Positions 57,188 through 64,000 of a stretch of 64,000 bases of DNA are shown here, piece by piece; the first letter of the stretch is position 1; every line of letters begins with the position of its first letter. A program made the position numbers and the translations under genes. The DNA is from Pecten maximus. Its lineage: Eukaryota. The notes below the pieces were generated by a model, which was given only the letters and a program-made list of their open reading frames with translations, did not search any database and was not told the origin of the DNA. Location of the stretch: positions 19,158,001-19,222,000 of the forward strand of contig NC_047023.1 of the NCBI RefSeq assembly GCF_902652985.1, given 5' to 3'.

Positions 57188-58151
57188 GGAGTGTAGGACA
57201 AAAGCCCCCCCAGACATTAGCCCCCCCCCCCCCCCCCCCCCCGGACATTAGCCCCTAGGACAAAAGCCCCTCCAGACGAAAGCCCCCCCCCCCGGACATT
57301 AGCCCCCCCCCCCCCCCCCCCCCGGACAAAAGCCCCTTCTTTATAAATTTAGCTGGTATACTTTATATAAATGTGTACTTATATATTGTTGTTTTTATCT
57401 CTGAAATTTGGAGAATAAATGTGTGGAAAATGAAGGTCCTTGGTTCAATGTCAGTGTAGCATTATATGTCTGTGGTTTAAACATCATAATTTATTTTTTC
57501 AAACTTTATATTATTAAGTAAGCTAAAAATTTCAGGAGAGTTCTCCATGATGAACAAATTGTTACTGATTACACATAATTTTTGACTTCCTAATATACTG
57601 CAAATATTGATAATCAAAGAAATGTCTACAAAAGCAATAAACATTTGATCCCTATTTGCAGTGTCTCAAATTATAATATAATAAGTACATAATGTACCTA
57701 ACCAAACATGTTGCTCTGTGTTGTAATACGTTTAATTTTAGGAATACAATGTAATTAAAATCAAAGAAACAATGAAGCCATTAATGGTATATTTCTTTCC
57801 AGGAAAATACAATATCAATGAAAAACCTACCAAACACATGTGTAACAGTTTATTGTTTATGTAACAGTTCAAGTAGTTGTTTTTCGAACTGGTTGTTTAC
57901 ATTGCAGAAGCAACTGGTGACTGAAGTCACTTACATATATATGTAGCACTTAATATAACCACTGCTAAAACATATGTTGTAATTTAAAAAAAAATGAATA
58001 AATAAAAACATAAAAAATAAAAAAAAAAATATAATATTTTTTTTTTATGAAGGGGCTTTTGTCCACTTTTTGATTAGTGTGAAGGGGCTAATGTCCGGGG
58101 GGGGCTTTTGTCCTAGGGGCTAATGTCCGGGGGGGCTTTTGTCCGTACCTC
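57188..58151. mobile_element. Non-autonomous foldback-like DNA transposon (964 bp) with modular inverted ends and an 8-bp TSD
   Basis: GGCCGTTA at 57180-57187 and 58152-58159. Left end has ~7 ggacaWWagcccc modules, right end ~5 inverted ggggctWWtgtcc modules; the middle is AT-rich and non-coding. Confidence 0.88.
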
Positions 58152-58413
58152 GGCCGTTATAGAGGCTGAACAGTATGTACTGTTAGAAAAATCATAGCAC
58201 TAATCTGGACTCTGGCAACATGTGGTCGAGCATAATGTCTTGCTGAAAAAAAAGGTTTGGATGTCTCAGAAATGAAAGGACATGCATTTGGAGGATCTGG
58301 ACTCTATAATTTTTCATTCAGGACCAATAAGGAGGATTTTACTCCATGTTCCAGAGGAGATGCCCCCCCCCCCCCCCCCCCCCCCCCCCAAGCATTACAC
58401 TCACCCCCATTGT

Positions 58414-58485
58414 CATACTTGCCAACTTTCCCGATTTAGTCGGGAATTTCCCGATTCCAGACTCCCTGCCCCGTCTCCCGATCGT
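58414..58485 (+). mobile_element. Probable left terminus of a hAT-like element (catacttgccaactttcccg...)
   Basis: Terminus-like motif followed by repeated tcccga/tcggga subterminal motifs; no partner end found in the window. Confidence 0.4.
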
Positions 58486-58857
58486 ATAGATAAAACATAG
58501 TGCCGATTTTGGAGAATATGTCTTGATAACCCCGTATGGAGCCCCTATTCATCTTGTTAGATTCACTAAGGCCTATGACAGGTAACGCTTGCTGGCTGGT
58601 GAAAGACATATGTGTGGGGCATTGGTCAGTTAATATAACTGACCTGCTCACAGACCGTAACGAAATTCTGACACTTCACTGACTGCAAGGGTGACAATAC
58701 CCCGATAAATAAACAATTAATTAAAACTAATTAAGCTGAGGACGCGTGGTGATGGTTTTGTAGCAGGTCAGTCATGGTTGATTGAACGCTTGTAAATGGC
58801 TTCGTATACTGCCTTTGATGTCAAGCGCATAAACGACCTCTACTTGACAGTATATCT

Positions 58858-59317
58858 GGCCTCAGACCACAATTAATTTCCCTCTATGTTATACCAAAGA
58901 AAAATAAAAATAAAAATATTTCAAAACATTGCAAAAAATCTAGTTTTCATATATGTTGTAGAACTGTTCAATCTGAATCTGCAGTGAGCTGGAAAGTACC
59001 TCATGACCGGCATTTAAGAAAGATATTTTTATTTAAATGCCACCACCCCTCTATATTATGGGAAAATCCGGAAAATTACAAAATATCACTACTCAAACCT
59101 TATAACTCCCTGTGTCCTTCCTCACAAACAAACATGCAAATGGTGTCAAAACAAAATTCTCCCACTAGAATAGATATTGCACTACAAATATATGTTAAAA
59201 TTATGAACATATCTGTAATAGCTAAGTCAGGAAAAAATATTTAGTAACATACCTGAAATTTACTTATGTACTACATTCGTGTACAACGACCCGGAAGTGT
59301 AACTGTGGTCTGAGGCC
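58858..59317 (+). repeat. Left long terminal direct repeat (460 bp) with its own TIRs
   Basis: Starts ggcctcagaccacaatta and ends taactgtggtctgaggcc (14-bp perfect, 17/18 inverted match). Confidence 0.97.
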
Positions 59318-60033
59318 TGTATATATGTATTTTTTAGAGATACAATTTTCTGGTTATATCACCACATTTGGCATACAATAACACATGTTATTGCAAATTA
59401 TTGTGAAATTTACTTCATAAATGAAAAAGTTATATCATTTTCAGTTACCCTACCCCCATCCTCTGTAAAACTCTACTCTGCCAATGAGACTTCTGAGAGA
59501 CCCAATATGTAAATGGCTAATTGGGCCATCAATATTCAAGTAATATATCAACATCATATATCAAATTAAAGCTTATTCAATACTTTTCTGAAATTTATAT
59601 GTTGTTTTTCAATTTTCACAAAAATGAACTTTATAAGGAATTTTTAATAATCCATGTAAAAAAATACACTTTTCAACACAATTTTTTTCAGTAAAAATGA
59701 AACAGTTTTTTTTTCAAAAATCACAGCCTGTCTAACTTTATACCACTGTATACAGGAAGTTTCCCCCTATAAAATGAGTGTAATTGAAACTTTATAGCCC
59801 AATTAATTAATTAGTAAACACATGACAAACACACCCAGGTAGGCAGGTGCCCTCTCTTCATTGGTCAGCACCAGGGGGATTTGGGTATGAGATATCCCCT
59901 TCCTGTGGGCTTGTAATCCTTATTAAGTGGTGTATATATTTAGACCATATGTGTTTTATGTAAGTTCAGGTAAAATAAAGGGTTTTGGATATATAGGGGT
60001 CAATTTTAGAGGGATATTTGGCCTGACAGCACC

Positions 60034-62058
60034 ATGAAAGGGAGGAAGAAAAGACTAAAATCTGCTTTCCAGTATGGTAACACACCACATAATAAGGGTA
60101 AAACAACTGCAGGACATGGGGTAAGTAAGGTTTTAACTAAAAACGAATCAGGCACCTGGAAACGATTGAGTCCCAATGTCTTTTCTTTAGTTACAGTAAC
60201 GCGCCCTGGTAGCAACTTTCCCAGCACTTCTGACACCGAAGGTAACCCTGGTAATGTGAAACTCCTTAGGCCCAGAAAAACCAAAGCGACTGATCTAGAG
60301 GCTTTAGACCTACATGAAAACATGAATAAAAAGCCTAGATTACAAACTCGTATCAGAAATCAGGGTAATCGATTAATAAATACAGAGAAAATTGGAGACC
60401 TCATGCAAATTATCTCCTCACACAGGTGTGACAACCCAGATGTTGATATTTACAATGAGATCAAAATAGGAGTAACATGTAAATTTCAAGTCTCATGTAA
60501 AACATGTGGTTGGGTGTCTGATACACATAAGATGTACAATGAAGTTCAATCCCCAAAAAGGGGACCAAACCCTGCAGTACCAAATCTGACAATGCACGCT
60601 GGCCTCCAAGAAACACCTATGGGGCCAGCAGGTGCACGGCGTTTGTTTAATTCAATGAACTTGGTTCCCCCCTGCCGTAGTGGTATGCAGAGAAATGCTA
60701 ATATGGTGGGAGAGAAAATAATATCACTAAATAAAGAGGATATGGCTAATAAAGCAAAAGAGGTAAGGGAGATATGCGAGTTGAGGGGAGACCCCAACAT
60801 GGTTAACGTACAAGTTGACGGAAGATATAATAGGTCAACAATAACCTTCCGTAACAAGCCTGGTACAAGTGCTGTACAATTAGCACTAATAGCGCGTGAG
60901 GACATTACAGACAAAAATTATATCTTGGGAATAGCCGTCCAATCACAGATATGCTGGAAGGGTAAATGGTTACGGCTCAAAGGGTTTGATGCTAAATGTC
61001 CTGGTGGCCACATTGACTGTAGTGCTACAATAGGGGAGGGGACACCGCTATCCGAGTTCGAAGCTGCTAAGCTTGTGGGTGAGCAATTGTACCAACAGGA
61101 TCTTATTGTACGGTACGCAACATCTGATGGAGACGCGAGATCTGTCGCAGGTCTAGATGCGGCATATAAAAACTTTATACCCATGTGGAAAGTCCAACGT
61201 CTAGCTGATCCCACCCATTTAGGACAAGCTCAATTTAGAAAATGTATACGAGCACATTTCAGCTCAGACATGTTCCCCGGAATGAGCACTAGAGAGGGAA
61301 AAACTGAATCACAAAAAGTTCTGAGCAGGGACATAAAAGCTCGATGTAGTTTGATTTGTAAAGAGCTCACAAAAGATTGTACCGGGGAAACCAAAATTAT
61401 GCGTGAAAAACTACCCCATGTGCTAGATGCTACCCTCAGGTGCTACAGTGGGGATTGTTCCCGGTGCAAAAGATACTCCTATGTGTGCAATGGTGGAGTT
61501 GGTAGTGGTACTTGGTGGAACAGGTCCATATTCCTGTCTAAACATAAACTATTTAGCTTGAACCTAGATGAAAATGACAAACAGCTATTGCTCGAGATAC
61601 TGAAAATGAAATTAACAGATGAATGTATCACAGGAATGTCTCTTGGAGCAAATACCCAAAGATGCGAGGCTTTTTTCAGGCTGCTTAACAGCCGCTTACC
61701 AAAAAATGTGCTATATAGCAAGAATATGAATGCACGATTCAATGGAGCTGTCCACACAGCAAATAATGGGGTGGGAAATTCCCTCATGAAAAAAATGGAG
61801 TGCCTCGGTGCAGCAGTAGCACCTGAAGTGAGGCGCTCTCTGCGACAAATGCAGTCAGAGCAAAATTACCACCAAGAGTACCAAAAAACCCCAGCTTTTA
61901 AGAAAAGGACTCTAGAACTGAAAGCAGAAGCTATTCAGAGGCACATTAAAAATAAGGGAGCTAGATCTGATTATAAAAAGGGACAGCTTGACACATATCC
62001 TGACCTCAGCACCAGTAGACTGAGCTCCAACAATGATGAACACAACTATCACAAATAG
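60034..62058 (+). CDS. DDD/E transposase, Kolobok/Mutator-like fold, 674 aa
   Basis: Uninterrupted non-repetitive ORF. Basic NLS-like N-terminus, Zn-ligand-like HRC...CKTC, candidate catalytic D262 (VQVDGRY), D365 (TSDGD) and E545 (NTQRCE), with DPTH (392-395) in the C/DxxH position. Catalytic assignments are by motif inference. Confidence 0.9.
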   Translation: MKGRKKRLKSAFQYGNTPHNKGKTTAGHGVSKVLTKNESGTWKRLSPNVFSLVTVTRPGSNFPSTSDTEGNPGNVKLLRPRKTKATDLEALDLHENMNKKPRLQTRIRNQGNRLINTEKIGDLMQIISSHRCDNPDVDIYNEIKIGVTCKFQVSCKTCGWVSDTHKMYNEVQSPKRGPNPAVPNLTMHAGLQETPMGPAGARRLFNSMNLVPPCRSGMQRNANMVGEKIISLNKEDMANKAKEVREICELRGDPNMVNVQVDGRYNRSTITFRNKPGTSAVQLALIAREDITDKNYILGIAVQSQICWKGKWLRLKGFDAKCPGGHIDCSATIGEGTPLSEFEAAKLVGEQLYQQDLIVRYATSDGDARSVAGLDAAYKNFIPMWKVQRLADPTHLGQAQFRKCIRAHFSSDMFPGMSTREGKTESQKVLSRDIKARCSLICKELTKDCTGETKIMREKLPHVLDATLRCYSGDCSRCKRYSYVCNGGVGSGTWWNRSIFLSKHKLFSLNLDENDKQLLLEILKMKLTDECITGMSLGANTQRCEAFFRLLNSRLPKNVLYSKNMNARFNGAVHTANNGVGNSLMKKMECLGAAVAPEVRRSLRQMQSEQNYHQEYQKTPAFKKRTLELKAEAIQRHIKNKGARSDYKKGQLDTYPDLSTSRLSSNNDEHNYHK

Positions 62059-62107
62059 TTATATATAAATATATATGTGTGTACATAAAATGAAATCATC
62101 AAAAACA

Positions 62108-62626
62108 TTAAAAAAAACCAAAATAAAACAAAAACAAAACAAAAACCAATAGAAATAACCATGATTGAGATGTATGAGATGAGCCGAGCTTGAGCCGTGC
62201 TCTGTGCAAAATGTACATAAAATGTTGATGCATATATTTCAGATAATGTACCTGTATATATTCTAATAAACAATCTGGATATTCCCCATGTCCTGTGCAA
62301 TTATTACAGTTTTTACAATGAATTCTGTTGTTGTTAATAACATGTGGCTCCAAACTGATATGGTCAACAGTTGTGCATAAATTATTATGACACAGGTGTG
62401 ATGCATCAAAGTGTGCAGGTAATTCTAAAACTTCCTTATCCAGCATAACACAGAAACGGTGTGCGGTAACCGTTTTCCAGACACCTGTGTCCGGGTGCCG
62501 GTATCTTACAATGCCATATTTTTTGTTGTTAGACAGTGGTCCCATCCATACCCTGCACCTGCTGTTCGCAGAAATCACAGATTTCTGGGTTACCATTTCC
62601 CTATATTTCACAAGAAAATTTTCCAT
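62108..62626 (-). CDS. His-Me finger (His-Cys box, I-PpoI-like) endonuclease; conserved domain is aa 1-~120 and the C-terminal tail may be spliced out
   Basis: CRVWMG...YG...AHR...DASHLCHNNLCTTVDHISLEPHVINNNRIHC...C.GH...PDCL. H77, C79, C84, H89, E93, N98, R101 and C104 keep the same gapless spacing as I-PpoI H98, C100, C105, H110, E114, N119, R122 and C125 (I-PpoI numbering from memory). Confidence 0.9.
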   Translation of the reverse strand: MENFLVKYREMVTQKSVISANSRCRVWMGPLSNNKKYGIVRYRHPDTGVWKTVTAHRFCVMLDKEVLELPAHFDASHLCHNNLCTTVDHISLEPHVINNNRIHCKNCNNCTGHGEYPDCLLEYIQVHYLKYMHQHFMYILHRARLKLGSSHTSQSWLFLLVFVLFLFYFGFF

Positions 62627-62927
62627 TTTCCTGTATCTAATTAAATTTTAGATGTTCATGAAAGTGAAAGTACGTATACTGAAGTAAACATGTGCTTTGC
62701 TGACAACCCGGCTCAATATATAAGACTTTATCAAATTTTAACATGAAATTTTGCTAAAATCATAGAAAAAGTGATGTAATAAGACAAATAAAATATAAAT
62801 TCATTCATAATTTACACTGACACCTAGTACAAACCTTCAACTTCAATATCCCAGCCTGTCAAATGTCTACTTCAAATGTGCCGACTACAGCGGAAGTTTT
62901 AGACGGGGTATAACTCTAGCCTATGCA

Positions 62928-63387
62928 GGCCTCAGACCACAATTAATTTCCCTCTATGTTATACCAAAGAAAAATAAAAATAAAAATATTTCAAAACATT
63001 GCAAAAAATCTAGTTTTCATATATGTTGTAGAACTGTTCAATCTGAATCTGCAGTGAGCTGGAAAGTACCTCATGACCGGCATTTAAGAAAGATATTTTT
63101 ATTTAAATGCCACCACCCCTCTATATTATGGGAAAATCCGGAAAATTACAAAATATCACTACTCAAACCTTATAACTCCCTGTGTCCTTCCTCACAAACA
63201 AACATGCAAATGGTGTCAAAACAAAATTCTCCCACTAGAATAGATATTGCACTACAAATATATGTTAAAATTATGAACATATCTGCAATAGCTAAGTCAG
63301 GAAAAAATATTTAGTAACATACCTGAAATTTACTTATGTACTACATTCGTGTACAACGACCCGGAAGTGTAACTGTGGTCTGAGGCC
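62928..63387 (+). repeat. Right long terminal direct repeat (460 bp) with its own TIRs
   Basis: Identical to 58858-59317 by eye except T59216 versus C63286. Confidence 0.97.
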
Positions 63388-64000
63388 ATCTCGGACAGAA
63401 AAAGTGAAAACAACACTGGCAATGTTATCAACGGAGTATCAAATTTGACAGATTACTTATTGAAATGTTATCTACATTTAAACATTGGCTGATCTTTAGA
63501 TAATTAGCACAAGGAAATAAATTCACAATAACGACCATACAGACCGAAGGCCTGGTTGCCGGTAGGTAACGTCGTTTCAATCACCGTAGCATCACCATAC
63601 TTCGTGTCAATTAACAGAGACTTATTTTGGCAGAAACTTTCCCAATTCACATTTTGAAAGACAGAAACATGTCCACAAATACTCACTTTCTTCAGAGACA
63701 TATATCTCTGCTTTCTTAAACTAAATACTGTCATGTTAAAACTTTGAATTTGATTGTGTTCAACCATGCATGCATCTGCAAAATGCTCACTTCATCTGTG
63801 GTATTCCCTTTTTCTCCCATCTGTGCAATACAGAGAGAATCTAGTCTCGTCCTTGGGAACATCTCATGTCCCCATGGACACGAACCGAACCTATTCGAGC
63901 TGTATGTCGATGCATCCAATCAAGACGCACTTGCATCTATAAGGTGGCCTAACATTAGGACAGTTGTCTCGGCATGCAAGTGATTCCTGGCAGTTTATTA

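Larger units (their letters stand above)
58858..63387 (+). mobile_element. Composite-like DNA transposon (KolobokP-type): LTDR - transposase - His-Me endonuclease - LTDR
   Basis: ATCT TSD (58854-58857 and 63388-63391); two 460-bp direct repeats, each with terminal inverted repeats; an intact DDE transposase ORF and a convergent His-Cys box nuclease ORF between them. Confidence 0.95.

Noticed and set aside
58363-58389. Poly-C run giving poly-Pro ORFs
   Set aside because: A homopolymer of uncertain length; not evidence of coding.
58984-59244. 86-aa ORF in each LTDR (also 63054-63314)
   Set aside because: GTG start and no recognisable motif; duplicated only because the repeat is.
60006-61787. 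Minus-strand ORFs overlapping the transposase
   Set aside because: Antisense shadow frames with no motifs.
58858-63387. LTR retrotransposon or assembly-duplication reading of the 460-bp direct repeats
   Set aside because: No TG...CA ends and no gag, RT or integrase ORF; the repeats carry TIRs, enclose a DDE transposase, differ at one base and are bounded by a TSD.
63504-63983. Short ORFs right of the transposon as RasGRF exon 2 or a transposase
   Set aside because: No PH-domain continuation or transposase motif recognised.

Overview
AT-rich eukaryotic DNA; the repeat families resemble those of bivalve molluscs (inferred, not proven). One host coding exon is recognisable: the first coding exon (N-terminal PH domain) of a RasGRF-family gene at 16962-17234 (+), in a CpG-rich promoter-like region. 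No further RasGRF exon was recognised, so the remaining ~46.7 kb is probably one long intron. It and the upstream DNA carry more than a dozen minisatellite arrays, tRNA-derived SINEs, Helentron-type non-autonomous elements and two LINE fragments. The standout is an intact-looking, very young 4530-bp composite-like DNA transposon at 58858-63387. It has a 4-bp ATCT target-site duplication and two 460-bp direct repeats (one mismatch seen), each with its own ~18-bp terminal inverted repeats. These enclose a 674-aa DDE transposase (+) and a convergent I-PpoI-like His-Me finger (His-Cys box) endonuclease (-). This architecture matches my recollection of the published KolobokP lineage, so the system type is probably described, although this family may be new and the nuclease's role is, to my knowledge, unresolved. 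Secondary observations: two different satellites appear to have grown out of the tail and the head of one SINE family; a 68-bp-arm hairpin whose transitions are all G.U-compatible on the sense strand; an overlapping upstream ORF on RasGRF; and a 964-bp foldback-like element with an 8-bp TSD.
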